A program made the position numbers and the translations under genes. The notes under the pieces were generated by a model. The model was not told the origin of the DNA. It was given only the letters and a program-made list of their open reading frames with translations, and did no database searches. Shown piece after piece: positions 18,561-27,935 of a DNA stretch of 47,705 nt. Position 1 is the first letter of the stretch; every line of letters begins with the position of its first letter. This stretch comes from an uncultured Candidatus Saccharibacteria bacterium (lineage in GTDB: Bacteria; Patescibacteriota; Minisyncoccia; Minisyncoccales; Paceibacteraceae). Location of the stretch: contig CAYWKA010000001.1 of assembly GCA_964459265.1 (NCBI GenBank), positions 46,668 through 94,372 on the forward strand, read 5' to 3'.

Positions 18561-19007
18561 GTGAGGATATTGGCTGAAAATAAAAAAGCTTATTATAACT
18601 ATGAAATCCTGGAGAAGTTTGAGGCAGGGATTTCTTTGATTGGTCAGGAGGTAAAATCAATTAAATCAGGTAAAGTGAGCTTGGCTGGTTCTTATGTAGT
18701 GTTAAAAGAAGAAGAGGCGTACTTAATTGGCGCCACTATTCCTCCTTATCAACCCAAAAATGCTCCAGCTGATTATAACCCTGAGCGTTCTCGAAAACTT
18801 CTTTTAAAAAAAACTGAAATTAAAAGTTTAATCGGTAAAGCAAAACAAAAAGGCTTGACTTTAGTACCCTTAAAATTATATACTAAAAACGGCAAAATCA
18901 AACTGGAATTCGCCGTAGTCAAAGGAAAAAGAGAAATTGATAAAAGAGAGCAGATTAAAAAAAGAGAGTTTGAGCGCCAAAAAGAAAGATTGCTTAAACA
19001 ATATTAA
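18561..19007 (+). CDS. smpB: SsrA-binding protein
   Basis: 148 aa with a GTG start preceded by AAGG. Motifs: AENKKAYYNYEILEKFEAGISLIGQEVKSIK and a basic C-terminal tail. It ends 2 nt before the tmRNA. Confidence 0.9.
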   Translation: MRILAENKKAYYNYEILEKFEAGISLIGQEVKSIKSGKVSLAGSYVVLKEEEAYLIGATIPPYQPKNAPADYNPERSRKLLLKKTEIKSLIGKAKQKGLTLVPLKLYTKNGKIKLEFAVVKGKREIDKREQIKKREFERQKERLLKQY

Positions 19008-19008
19008 T

Positions 19009-19357
19009 GGGGATGGAAGGCCTTGATGAGGAGTCGACTGAAACGGGCAAGCGAAGTTTGTTGGTTCTTCTTAAAAACTAGCAAAAAGAATAAGCGCCAA
19101 CTTATTTCAAAAACAACCTGCTTTAGCATACGCTTAAGCAGCATCTTCTTCACTAACTCTCGATAGGTGAAGCAGGTGCCATAACATCGAGATAGATAGC
19201 TCTTTTAAGCCTGAAAGAGTTATTAAATCTTTTGTAGGCTAAAAGCAGAGAGATTTTCGCCTAATTTCTACTTTCTGCTTTTAAATAAATTGGGCTAAGC
19301 TTGTAGAACTACTTTGGAAAAACTCCCCAGATCCGAGTTCAACTCTCGGCATCTCCA
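19009..19357 (+). ncRNA. ssrA: tmRNA (ssrA)
   Basis: The 5' GGGGATG pairs with the 3' CATCTCC, including the G3:U wobble (Ala identity), followed by discriminator A. T-arm CCGAG-TTCAACT-CTCGG. An internal tag frame (GCA at 19081 or GCC at 19096) ends ...QKQPALAYA-TAA at 19135-19137. The terminal CCA is not fully encoded (A-CAA). Confidence 0.85.
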
Positions 19358-19377
19358 CAAAAATAATTATTAAACTT

Positions 19378-19887
19378 TTGATTAAAAAACCTCTTATAAA
19401 CAATCAAATAAGGGCTCCGCAGGTTAGAGTAGTAGATGAAAACGGGAAGCAATTGGGTGTTATGAGTTCACAAGAGGCGCTCCAATTGGCTCGGGAGCGC
19501 AATTTAGATTTAATTCAAGTAACCGAGAAAGTAGAACCGCCAGTTTGTAAGCTGGGAGATTATGGAAAATATCAATATCTGCAGGAAAAAAAAGAAAAAG
19601 CCGCCCGCAAACACAAAGGCGGGGAGCTTAAGGGAATCAGATTAACTTTTAATATCTCTCAGCATGATTTGGAAACTAAAGTCCGTCAAGCCGAAAAGTT
19701 CTTAAAAAAGGGAGATAGGATAAGAGTGGAATTACCGTTAAGAGGAAGAGAGAAAGCTCTGGGAAACTTTGCTAAAGAAAAAATGAATAAATTCTTAGAA
19801 ATTTTACAAAGTACGGTTCCGGTTAAAATTGAAAGGGAATTAAAAAGAGAGATGAGAGGATTGACAATGATTATCTCTAAGGCCTAA
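19378..19887 (+). CDS. infC: Translation initiation factor IF-3
   Basis: 169 aa with INNQIRAPQVRVVDENGKQLGV and the C-domain KGIRLTFNISQHDLETK. There is no ATG; the start is TTG (19378) or the adjacent ATT (19381). Confidence 0.9.
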   Translation: MIKKPLINNQIRAPQVRVVDENGKQLGVMSSQEALQLARERNLDLIQVTEKVEPPVCKLGDYGKYQYLQEKKEKAARKHKGGELKGIRLTFNISQHDLETKVRQAEKFLKKGDRIRVELPLRGREKALGNFAKEKMNKFLEILQSTVPVKIERELKREMRGLTMIISKA

Positions 19888-19907
19888 TATATTTAACGAG
19901 AAAAAGT

Positions 19908-20099
19908 ATGAAAACTCGCAAATCGCTCACTAAACGTTTTAAGATTACCAGGTCCGGTAAGGTTTTAAGAAGACCAACAGGACAAGACCATCTTCGGGCT
20001 AAAAAATCTGGCAAAAAAATAAGACAAAGCCGAAAATGGGTTGAAGTTTCCAAACCCGAAGCTAAAAAAATCAAGAAATTACTACCTAAGAGTCGATGA
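19908..20099 (+). CDS. rpmI: 50S ribosomal protein L35
   Basis: 63 aa, MKTRKSLTKRFKITRSGKVLRR..., lying between infC and rplT. Confidence 0.9.
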   Translation: MKTRKSLTKRFKITRSGKVLRRPTGQDHLRAKKSGKKIRQSRKWVEVSKPEAKKIKKLLPKSR

Positions 20100-20145
20100 A
20101 TCTAAAGATTCATCTCCATCTGCGCCCACTATGTGGGCTTGATAT

Positions 20146-20493
20146 ATGAGTAGAGTAAAACGAGGAAAAATTGCCCACAAAAGAAGGAAGCGTTTATTAA
20201 AACAGACTAAAGGTTTCCGTTGGGGAAGAAAAGCAAAATATAGATTAGCTAAAGATGCTTTGTATCATGCCTGGGAATACGCTTACCGAGACAGAAGAAC
20301 AAAAAAAAGAGAGTTCAGAAAACTCTGGCAAACCCAGATTTCGGCTGCCTGCCGCCAGGCCGGGATTTCTTACAGCCGATTTATTGCTGGTCTCAAGAAA
20401 AACAAAATTGAGCTGGATAGAAAAATCTTATCTGCTTTGGCCCGGAACCATCCTGAAATTCTTAAAAAAATCATTGAAAAAGCAAAAGAGTAG
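20146..20493 (+). CDS. rplT: 50S ribosomal protein L20
   Basis: 115 aa, MSRVKRGKIAHKRRKRLLKQTKGFRWGRK..., the last gene of the infC-rpmI-rplT operon. Confidence 0.92.
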   Translation: MSRVKRGKIAHKRRKRLLKQTKGFRWGRKAKYRLAKDALYHAWEYAYRDRRTKKREFRKLWQTQISAACRQAGISYSRFIAGLKKNKIELDRKILSALARNHPEILKKIIEKAKE

Positions 20494-20533
20494 TTTTTGT
20501 TACCTCTTATTTTAAAATACTAAACTAATAAAG

Positions 20534-20558
20534 AACTGCGCCCGAAGGTGCAGTTTTT
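20534..20558. terminator. Bidirectional intrinsic terminator between rplT and purF
   Basis: AACTGCGCC-cgaa-GGTGCAGTT is a 9-bp stem (one G:T) with a tetraloop. TTTTT follows on the plus strand and CTTTATT on the minus strand. Confidence 0.6.
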
Positions 20559-21954
20559 AGTTAAGAAATCCTGGAGGTGGCTCAATTGGATATCCCTCAG
20601 CGCCAATGAAACAACCTAAACAGAGTTTTTCTCTCGGCAAACCACTAGCTTCAATCATCCCTTCGAAGCTGAGGTATCCTAAAGAGTCGGCTCGGACAAC
20701 TTTTCTCCCTATTTCTTCTTCTTTCAGGCCAGCAGCAATCAGCTCTACTCGAGTAGCTAAATCAATCCCCAAAAAACAAGGCCAACGGAGAGGAGCTGAA
20801 CCAACTAACTCGTGAACCTCAACTGCTCCAGATTCTCTTAACATTGCTACTACTTCTGGCGAAGTATCACCTCGGACAATAGAATCTTCTGTAATTACCA
20901 CTCTCTTGTCATGGACAACTTCTCTTAGAATATAAAGTTTTCTTCTCACTAACGCTCTTCTATCGATTTCTCGAGCTGCCATAAAAGCCCTGGTGGTGAA
21001 GTAGCGGCTCCGAAGAATGCCTTTCCGTACTGGAATCTTCAAAGCTTGGGCAACGCTATAGTTATAAATCTCTCCAGAGTCAGGCACCGAACAAACCATA
21101 TCTGCCTCGACTGGATGCTCAGTAGCTACTTTCCAACCAGCGTTTTCTCGATAAGAGTTAACTCGCTGACCGGCAAGTCGACTATCCGGCCGGGCAAAAT
21201 AGATAAACTCAAATATACAAATTCGAAGTTGAGGATTTTCTGCCCAAATAAATGAGTTTTCTATTCCATTTTTACCTAAAACTATTAATTCGCCGGGCTG
21301 AACCTCTTTAACCAAGCTCGCTTTCAAGGTGTTAAGGGAAGACTCCTCTGAGGCTAAAATTAAACTCGTAGCATCTCGGCCAAGGCAAAGCGGTCTAATA
21401 CCGTATCCGTCTCGAACGCCAATGACCTTATCTTCAAATAAAATAGTCAAGGCAAAAGCTCCTTTAAGCCGCGGTAGAACTTTTTGTAAGGCCTCTAAAA
21501 AATCTTTTTCAGGAGAGGTTTCTAATAAAGCTATAATTACTTCGGTGTCAGAAACTTCTGACCGAAATTTATATCCCTTTTCTTCGGCTTCTCTCCTCAG
21601 TCTATCGAGTTCTATTAAGTTACCGTTGTGGCTAAGAGCGAAAGGTTGCCCATGAAACTTCCCAATTAAAGGCTGAAAAGTCCTTGGCTGTTTTTCCCCT
21701 CCTGTTTTCCCAACTGTTGAATAAAGAGTATGGCCGATACCGAAAGTTCCTGAAAGCTTCTCAAAAAGTCCCTTTCTATTTTCTTCGTTAAATACTTCTG
21801 TAACTAAACCTCTTTCTTTGTGTTCATGGAGCTCAAGACCGTCGGAAACAGCTATCCCCATGCCCTGTTCTCCTCGATGTTGAAGGCCATGAAGGCCAAT
21901 AGGAATTTTAGGAGCTACATTTTCATTGCTAACTATCCCGAAAATACCGCACAT
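20557..21954 (-). CDS. purF: Amidophosphoribosyltransferase (glutamine PRPP amidotransferase)
   Basis: 465 aa. MCGIFGIV Ntn-nucleophile start, PRTase motif VVITEDSIVRGDTS and a C-terminal Cys cluster (CLGCF). GC about 48 percent in sampled lines. SD AAGGAGGA. Confidence 0.92.
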   Translation of the reverse strand: MCGIFGIVSNENVAPKIPIGLHGLQHRGEQGMGIAVSDGLELHEHKERGLVTEVFNEENRKGLFEKLSGTFGIGHTLYSTVGKTGGEKQPRTFQPLIGKFHGQPFALSHNGNLIELDRLRREAEEKGYKFRSEVSDTEVIIALLETSPEKDFLEALQKVLPRLKGAFALTILFEDKVIGVRDGYGIRPLCLGRDATSLILASEESSLNTLKASLVKEVQPGELIVLGKNGIENSFIWAENPQLRICIFEFIYFARPDSRLAGQRVNSYRENAGWKVATEHPVEADMVCSVPDSGEIYNYSVAQALKIPVRKGILRSRYFTTRAFMAAREIDRRALVRRKLYILREVVHDKRVVITEDSIVRGDTSPEVVAMLRESGAVEVHELVGSAPLRWPCFLGIDLATRVELIAAGLKEEEIGRKVVRADSLGYLSFEGMIEASGLPREKLCLGCFIGAEGYPIEPPPGFLN

Positions 21955-22040
21955 TGTTTTTTTATCCTCCTTTCCTGTAGAATTTCGATATTCAAATGGA
22001 AAAGAGCTAATTAATTAGCCCTCCTTTTATATTTTACAGT

Positions 22041-23537
22041 TTATTCTCTTTCTGGTAAAGGCCTGATGTCGGCTTCTTCTTGTAATTGTTTAATGTTTTT
22101 AAATCCTTGTTTTTGTAAACTTTGCTTAACCCCAATGATTAGTTTGGGAATAAAATCATAACCTGAACCCCGATAAGGCACCTTAGTCACTATACCCTCG
22201 GCAATCCTGGTTTTAACTTTATCTACCGCATATCTTACTGCCCCCCTTCTTTCCATCGCTTCCAAAGACCCCATGCCCCGATATTTTTTAACCATCATAT
22301 TCTCTTCATAATCAAATTCTTTTTCACCGGGTGATTCATCTAAACCGGCCAATAAGCTTCCCATCATCACTGTTTGAGCGCCTAAAGCTAAAGCTTTAGT
22401 AATATCGCCAGGTTTGGTTACATCCTGATCTATCACATCAAGAGTTTTTATCCCGCCATCAGCAATGATAGGAAGAAAACCATATTGAGGTTCTAACTTC
22501 TTTATGGTCTGGGTACAATCCCAAACTGCCGAAGCCTGAGCCCGGCCGGTGCCTAATTCTTGTTGAGTAATACAGACCGCACCCGGCCCTATTCCTACTC
22601 GAAGAGCGTCGCAATATTGCGAAGCCTCTTTAATTATTTTTTCTACCATTTGGGCTGAATCTACATTTCCTAAAACTACTTCCAATTCTGGGAAATTTTC
22701 TTTACAAAATTTAGCAATTTCTAATTGTTCTTTAAAAACTACACTGGCGTCAACCACGATACCATCAACTCCGACAGCTGCTCCTTTATTAATTCTTTCT
22801 TTGGCTAAAGCTAATCTTGATTCAACAGCAATGAAAGTTTTTAATTGTTTGTTTTCGTCTTTGGTAGCCAAAGGAAACTGTTCATTTTTTCTAATATCTG
22901 AGTCCGTCACTAAAGCAGCTATTTTATCTGTTTTATCTACAATAATTAAAGTGTCCAGGTTGTTTTCTCTTATGATTTTGTTGGCGGCGTTAAGGTAGTT
23001 TTTATCAACTATTTCTGATTTTTTACCTATAATTAACTTTTCTCTAGGAGTCATTACATCTTTTAATTTAGTTTCCATATCATTCCGGTATCTGACATCT
23101 CGATGAGTAACAATCCCTAATAATTTTGAATTTAAAGTTCCGTCTTCAGTAATGGGAGTACTGAAAAAGCCGTATTTCTCTGCAATATTATAAACGTCTT
23201 TAATGATATTTTGGGGAGACAAAACAACCGGATTAAAAACGAATCCGGCTTCAAATTTTTTAACTTTCTCTATCTCTCTGATTTGTTCATCAATAGTTGA
23301 AAAATTATAATGAATAACTCCTATTCCGCCCATTAAAGCCATCGAAATCGCCATTTCAGCCTCAGTAACCGTGTCCATGGGCGAAGAAACAAAAGGAGCT
23401 TTCAGTAATATTCGTTTAGTAAAGTGGCTAATCAAATCAACCTCATCTCTTTCAAAATCAGGTAATCTGTTTGGAATTAAAGTAATATCTTTGTACCAGA
23501 ATTCTTTATTTTGTAAGTCGGGATGTAATTTTGCCAT
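22041..23537 (-). CDS. guaB: IMP dehydrogenase (with CBS pair)
   Basis: 498 aa with SSPMDTVTE, a CBS-pair insert, the catalytic loop GIGPGAVCITQQ and GGIKT...GD near the C-terminus. Confidence 0.88.
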   Translation of the reverse strand: MAKLHPDLQNKEFWYKDITLIPNRLPDFERDEVDLISHFTKRILLKAPFVSSPMDTVTEAEMAISMALMGGIGVIHYNFSTIDEQIREIEKVKKFEAGFVFNPVVLSPQNIIKDVYNIAEKYGFFSTPITEDGTLNSKLLGIVTHRDVRYRNDMETKLKDVMTPREKLIIGKKSEIVDKNYLNAANKIIRENNLDTLIIVDKTDKIAALVTDSDIRKNEQFPLATKDENKQLKTFIAVESRLALAKERINKGAAVGVDGIVVDASVVFKEQLEIAKFCKENFPELEVVLGNVDSAQMVEKIIKEASQYCDALRVGIGPGAVCITQQELGTGRAQASAVWDCTQTIKKLEPQYGFLPIIADGGIKTLDVIDQDVTKPGDITKALALGAQTVMMGSLLAGLDESPGEKEFDYEENMMVKKYRGMGSLEAMERRGAVRYAVDKVKTRIAEGIVTKVPYRGSGYDFIPKLIIGVKQSLQKQGFKNIKQLQEEADIRPLPERE

Positions 23538-23588
23538 TGGAATCTATTATTATACACCCAAACCGCAGCGAAGGGTGGAAAAAAGGAT

Positions 23589-23858
23589 TTATCCTCTTTG
23601 GCCTTCCTTTTTTAATAGAGTAATTTTCTTTGTTGTTCCTTTGTTGTAGCCGCCGACTTTTCCATCTGTTCTAACTACTCGGTGGCAAGGAATTTTGGGG
23701 TCTTGATTTTTATTTAAAATATTGCCTACTGCCCGCCAAGCTTTGGACCGACCTGCTCTTTCAGCTACGTCCTTATAAGTCAGGACTCTCCCTTCAGGAA
23801 TTTCTCTAACTACCTTAAAAACCTTTTCTTTAAAAGAAGCCATGGCGATGAACTTCAT
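23589..23858 (-). CDS. MGMT-family (O6-alkylguanine-DNA alkyltransferase C-domain only) protein
   Basis: 89 aa with the active-site motif IPCHRVV retained and a helix-turn-helix region YKDVAERAG. The true start may be the Met at 23843. Confidence 0.75.
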   Translation of the reverse strand: MKFIAMASFKEKVFKVVREIPEGRVLTYKDVAERAGRSKAWRAVGNILNKNQDPKIPCHRVVRTDGKVGGYNKGTTKKITLLKKEGQRG

Positions 23859-23885
23859 TCATCTTTGCCCTTCGCTGGCGCTCGG

Positions 23886-25136
23886 TCATCTGATTAATCT
23901 TTGATAAAGCTTCAAATGGTCTCTTAAAAGCCGGGGGGTTAAAAATTTTTCTCTAACAGTTTCTTTGGCTTCCCTTCCCAATTCTTCTGACATTTCCGGA
24001 TTTTCAATTAACTGGACCATTCTTTTAGCTGCCGCTTTAGGGCTAGAAACTAAAAATCCATTTCTACCATCCCGAATTTGCAGTTTTATTCCTCCGACAT
24101 TTCCACCAATCACAGGTTTCTCTTTCCACATCGCCTCAGCTACAGTTAAACCAAAACCTTCTCTAATTGATTTTTGTAAAACTACTGTAGCAGCCGTCTG
24201 AAAAGCATTAACAAACGAATCTATTCTCAAGCTCCCTAATTGTCCGGGGTCGGAAAAAAGAAAGACATCCGGGTCATTTTTTACTTTTTTTTGAACTTTT
24301 TTAAAAACTTTTGCTCCTTCAGGGTCGTCTCTGGCTAAAAATAATCCTAATAAAGCTAATTGTAAATTAGGAATTTTCTTTTTGGCTATTTGATAAGCTT
24401 CTACTGTACCTAAATGGTCTTTCCAAGGGTCAAAACGGCCAACTTGAACAGCTAAAGGTTTACTGGGATTTACTCCTAAGATTTCTACAATATTCTTAGC
24501 TACATTTAGGCTTAAATGTCTATTTTTCAAAGTTAAAGGGTTAATGGCTGGAGAAAAGACGGTAACCTTGCTCTTGGGCAGCGAAGGACCAATAAATTCT
24601 TTGGAGGTAAAAACTATTTTATCATACATCAGCATAAAAGGGTGAATAAATTCCCAGGCCTCTCTGTTGGGGTGAAAGCTGTCTATGTGGACTCGCCAAA
24701 TTGCCGGATGAAAGTTAGGCAGAAAAGCTGCTACTCCCACTGGCTGGGGGTCGTGAATAACCCAGAGGTCGGGCTTCATATCCTGCATTAACCTGGCGGT
24801 TTTCTCCATATGGCGAATATATAACTTTCTAGCTGAAAAAGGAAATTTAAATTCTTCTCCTTGAAAAGCATTATGGATTTGTTTAGTTAAGGTAAAAAAC
24901 TTCTCTCCAGGAGGATTATTATGCCAGGCAGCTTTTAGTCCCACTCCCTTCATCAAAGGCACCAAACTGCTTATCAGCTCAGCCACTCCTCCACCCCGGG
25001 GAGTAGCATTAATATGGACTACCTTTAAACCCTTAAGGTCTTTGGCTATTTTTTTTATTTCATTAAAAAGTTGGTTAGAAATAATGCCTTTATATTTCTC
25101 TAATCTTTTAGTTGGCGTTTTAACTTTGGGGAGCAT
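23886..25136 (-). CDS. GT4 glycosyltransferase, trehalose-synthase (TreT)-like
   Basis: 416 aa with N-terminal VVHINATPRGGGVAELISSLVPLMKGVG and a C-terminal GT-B motif, EGFGLTVAEAMWKEKPVIGGNVGGI. Confidence 0.7.
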   Translation of the reverse strand: MLPKVKTPTKRLEKYKGIISNQLFNEIKKIAKDLKGLKVVHINATPRGGGVAELISSLVPLMKGVGLKAAWHNNPPGEKFFTLTKQIHNAFQGEEFKFPFSARKLYIRHMEKTARLMQDMKPDLWVIHDPQPVGVAAFLPNFHPAIWRVHIDSFHPNREAWEFIHPFMLMYDKIVFTSKEFIGPSLPKSKVTVFSPAINPLTLKNRHLSLNVAKNIVEILGVNPSKPLAVQVGRFDPWKDHLGTVEAYQIAKKKIPNLQLALLGLFLARDDPEGAKVFKKVQKKVKNDPDVFLFSDPGQLGSLRIDSFVNAFQTAATVVLQKSIREGFGLTVAEAMWKEKPVIGGNVGGIKLQIRDGRNGFLVSSPKAAAKRMVQLIENPEMSEELGREAKETVREKFLTPRLLRDHLKLYQRLIR

Positions 25137-25569
25137 TTTGGTTTAAGAAATTATTTGCCTTTTTAAGAATTTCTTTAGCGTTTTTAAAAGACAGCCATTT
25201 GAGAGCTTTTTCATAGGGTAGCCATTTGAATCCCATGTGTTCATAAGAAATTTTAACGGTCTTGGTTTTAGTCTCGGTCAAAAAGAAAATCACTATTTTA
25301 AAAACAGTTTTACCCTGGACTTTGAAAAAGTACTTAATTGCTTGTTTGAAGCCTTTTATAAACTTAATATCTTTTAAGCCCGTTTCTTCAAGTACTTCTC
25401 GCCTAACTGTTTTTAATATATTTTCTCCTTTTTTAATATGACCTTTAGGAAAGTCCCAATAGTTTCTCTTGGCTCGATGAGAAATAGAAGGATAATGTAA
25501 AAGGAGGTAATAAATCTCATTATCCTCCTTTCTAAACACTACTGCTCCGACTGATTTTTCTACTGGCAT
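25120..25569 (-). CDS. NUDIX hydrolase
   Basis: 149 aa with the Nudix box GHIKKGENILKTVRREVLEETGL. Confidence 0.85.
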   Translation of the reverse strand: MPVEKSVGAVVFRKEDNEIYYLLLHYPSISHRAKRNYWDFPKGHIKKGENILKTVRREVLEETGLKDIKFIKGFKQAIKYFFKVQGKTVFKIVIFFLTETKTKTVKISYEHMGFKWLPYEKALKWLSFKNAKEILKKANNFLNQNAPQS

Positions 25570-25572
25570 AAA

Positions 25573-27285
25573 TTACTTGAAGTATTTTAGCAGGTTTTCT
25601 AAAGATTGGCTATTAATTATATCTTTTTTTTCTGCCCAGCCACGACGGGCTTGAGCGATGCCTAATTCAATAAAACGTAGCTGGTCTTTATGATGAGAAT
25701 CGGTATTAATTACCATTTTTACCCCGGCTTCTTTCGCTCTTCTGATGTTTTGGTCATTTAAGTCCAATCTTTCAGGAAAAGAGTTTATTTCTAAAATCAC
25801 CTTATATTCTTTGGCTGCTCTTAAAATTTTATCAAAATCAATTTGATATTCGTCTCTTCTTTTTAAGATTCTCCCTGTAGGATGAGCAATAATATTAATA
25901 TGGGGATTTTTCATGGCCCGAATTATCCTTTCTGTCATTTTATCTTTTTCCATTTTAAAATTGGAATGGATTCCGGCAATAGCGTAATCTAATTTTTTTA
26001 GAGCTTCGTCTTTTATATCAATTGAACCATCATTCAAAATATTAGTCTCAGCTCCTTGCAAAATTTTAAAATTCTTAAGTTTGAAATTCAGTTTGTCAAT
26101 TTCTTTTCTTTGCTGGGCTAATTTCTTCTCATCTAAACCGTGCTCAATTCTCAAAAATTTGGTATGGTCGGTAATCCCTAAATATTGATATTGCATTTTT
26201 CTGGCTACTTCGGCAATCTCTTTAATAGAATTAGCTCCACCGTTCCATTTAGAATGACAATGAAGATCTCCTTTTATGCCATTGTAATCAATAATTGTAG
26301 GAATTTCCCCTTCTAAAGCTGCTTCTACTTCTCCTTGATTCTCTCTCATTTCGGATGGCATCCACTGCATGCCTAATTTTTTATAGATTTCTTCTTCGGT
26401 TTCTCCGGCAATCATTTTTTTCCCTCTAAATAGGCCGTATTCTGAAAGTTTTAACCCTTTATTCATGGCAATCCGCCGAGTAGCAATATTGTGTTCTTTA
26501 GAACCAGTGAAATACTGAAGAGCAGAACCATAACTTTTTTTAGGTACTACCCGAATATCCATATCAAATCCTTCTTTTGTTCTCACTGAGGCCTTAGTAG
26601 TCCCCTTTCCCCAAATTTTTATTACTTCGGGCTGAGAAATAAAAAAATCCATTACCTTTTCTGGATTTTTAGAAATTACCAGAAAATCTACATCACCAAT
26701 GGTTTCTTTCATTCTTCTGACAGAACCAGCTGCATCAACCGTTTCCACCTCTTTTAAACTTTTTAGTTTTTTGTAAATTTCTTTTACTTTAGGCAAAATT
26801 TCTCCCAAAAGAAATCTTCCCTTGCTTCTCTTAAGAAACTTAATTCCTTCTAAGATATTCTTTTCAGTTTTTTCATCAAACCCAAACAAAAGGGCGATTT
26901 TATGAGCCTTGGCTGCTTTTTCTAAATCCTTTAAGTTCCTGATGCCTAATTTTTGATACAGAACTTTAACTCTTTTTGGCCCTAAACCCTCTACGGCAGT
27001 TAATTCTTCCATCTGGACCGGTGTTTTTTTCTTTAAGTCTTCGTGATGCTTTATCTTCCCGGTTTTTAGATATTCTTCAATTTTCTCTGCTATATTCTTT
27101 CCTACTCCAGGAATCTCCTCTAAGGCTTTTCTTCCTCCTTTTTTGTAAATACCCTCAACATTTTCCTCTAAAGTTTCCAGGGCAGTGGCTGCCTTTTTAT
27201 AGGCATAGGGTTTAAATTGTATCCCTTCCATCTCTAAAAAATCAGCAATCTCATAAAATATCTGTGCTATCTCTTGGTTTTTCAT
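25573..27285 (-). CDS. polX: Family X DNA polymerase with C-terminal PHP domain
   Basis: 570 aa with N-terminal 8-kDa/HhH motifs (IADFLEMEG, IPGVGKNIAEKI), the nucleotidyltransferase motif GSVRRMKETIGDVDFLV and a PHP domain (GDLHCHS...TDSHH). Confidence 0.9.
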   Translation of the reverse strand: MKNQEIAQIFYEIADFLEMEGIQFKPYAYKKAATALETLEENVEGIYKKGGRKALEEIPGVGKNIAEKIEEYLKTGKIKHHEDLKKKTPVQMEELTAVEGLGPKRVKVLYQKLGIRNLKDLEKAAKAHKIALLFGFDEKTEKNILEGIKFLKRSKGRFLLGEILPKVKEIYKKLKSLKEVETVDAAGSVRRMKETIGDVDFLVISKNPEKVMDFFISQPEVIKIWGKGTTKASVRTKEGFDMDIRVVPKKSYGSALQYFTGSKEHNIATRRIAMNKGLKLSEYGLFRGKKMIAGETEEEIYKKLGMQWMPSEMRENQGEVEAALEGEIPTIIDYNGIKGDLHCHSKWNGGANSIKEIAEVARKMQYQYLGITDHTKFLRIEHGLDEKKLAQQRKEIDKLNFKLKNFKILQGAETNILNDGSIDIKDEALKKLDYAIAGIHSNFKMEKDKMTERIIRAMKNPHINIIAHPTGRILKRRDEYQIDFDKILRAAKEYKVILEINSFPERLDLNDQNIRRAKEAGVKMVINTDSHHKDQLRFIELGIAQARRGWAEKKDIINSQSLENLLKYFK

Positions 27286-27287
27286 GA

Positions 27288-27935
27288 TTATCCTTTAGGT
27301 AAGTGGGGTTCTTGAAGAGCTTTGGCTCCCGGCACCCGGGAAACAGCATGATCTCTTGGAAAAACATCTTTATAAATTAAAAATGGTAAAAAGGCACTAG
27401 CCAGAGCGAAAACTCCTACCCCAACAAATAAAATATTAAAGCCGAATTGAGTGGCAATTATTCCACCTAAAGCTCCGGAAGCGCCAGCTCCAATCCCAAT
27501 AAAAGTACTTCGAGTAGACCACTCAAAGGCCTCCTTTCCTTTGTCAATGTGGCGAGTAAAGATAGCTGACCACCCGGGGATGTTCATTGCCATTCCTAAA
27601 GAATAAACTCCCTGAAAGAAATAAATATGCCAAGGTAAAGAACTAAAAATAAAACCAAACACGGCTACCGCTGCTAAAATATTGCCAATCACTACAAACC
27701 ACAAATCATCTTTTTCTCCCTTAACTCTATCTAAATAATTTCCGAAGGGGATCTGCAAAATTGATTTTACTATCCAGTAGATAGCGGCAGCAAAACCTAC
27801 TACCTGAGCGTTCCCACCCTGAATTTGGTCAGTAATAAAAATAGCAAAAATTGGAGAAACAAATCCGAACCCGGTCAAAAGTAAAACATCTGAGAAGGTC
27901 AGAACTTTAATAATTTTGTTAATAGATTTAAGCAT
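27288..27935 (-). CDS. MFS-transporter N-terminal half (6 TM only)
   Basis: 215 aa with six hydrophobic segments and MFS motif A (GNYLDRVKGEKD) between TM2 and TM3. No C-terminal six-helix bundle follows; polX starts 3 nt downstream. Confidence 0.6.
   Translation of the reverse strand: MLKSINKIIKVLTFSDVLLLTGFGFVSPIFAIFITDQIQGGNAQVVGFAAAIYWIVKSILQIPFGNYLDRVKGEKDDLWFVVIGNILAAVAVFGFIFSSLPWHIYFFQGVYSLGMAMNIPGWSAIFTRHIDKGKEAFEWSTRSTFIGIGAGASGALGGIIATQFGFNILFVGVGVFALASAFLPFLIYKDVFPRDHAVSRVPGAKALQEPHLPKG

Noticed and set aside
23538-23588. Possible guaB promoter (TGTATAAT on the minus strand about 12 nt upstream of the ATG) and CACCC/GGGTG hairpin
   Set aside because: No acceptable -35 element is present, and the -10 lies so close to the ATG that it would imply a near-leaderless mRNA. 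The evidence is insufficient to annotate it.
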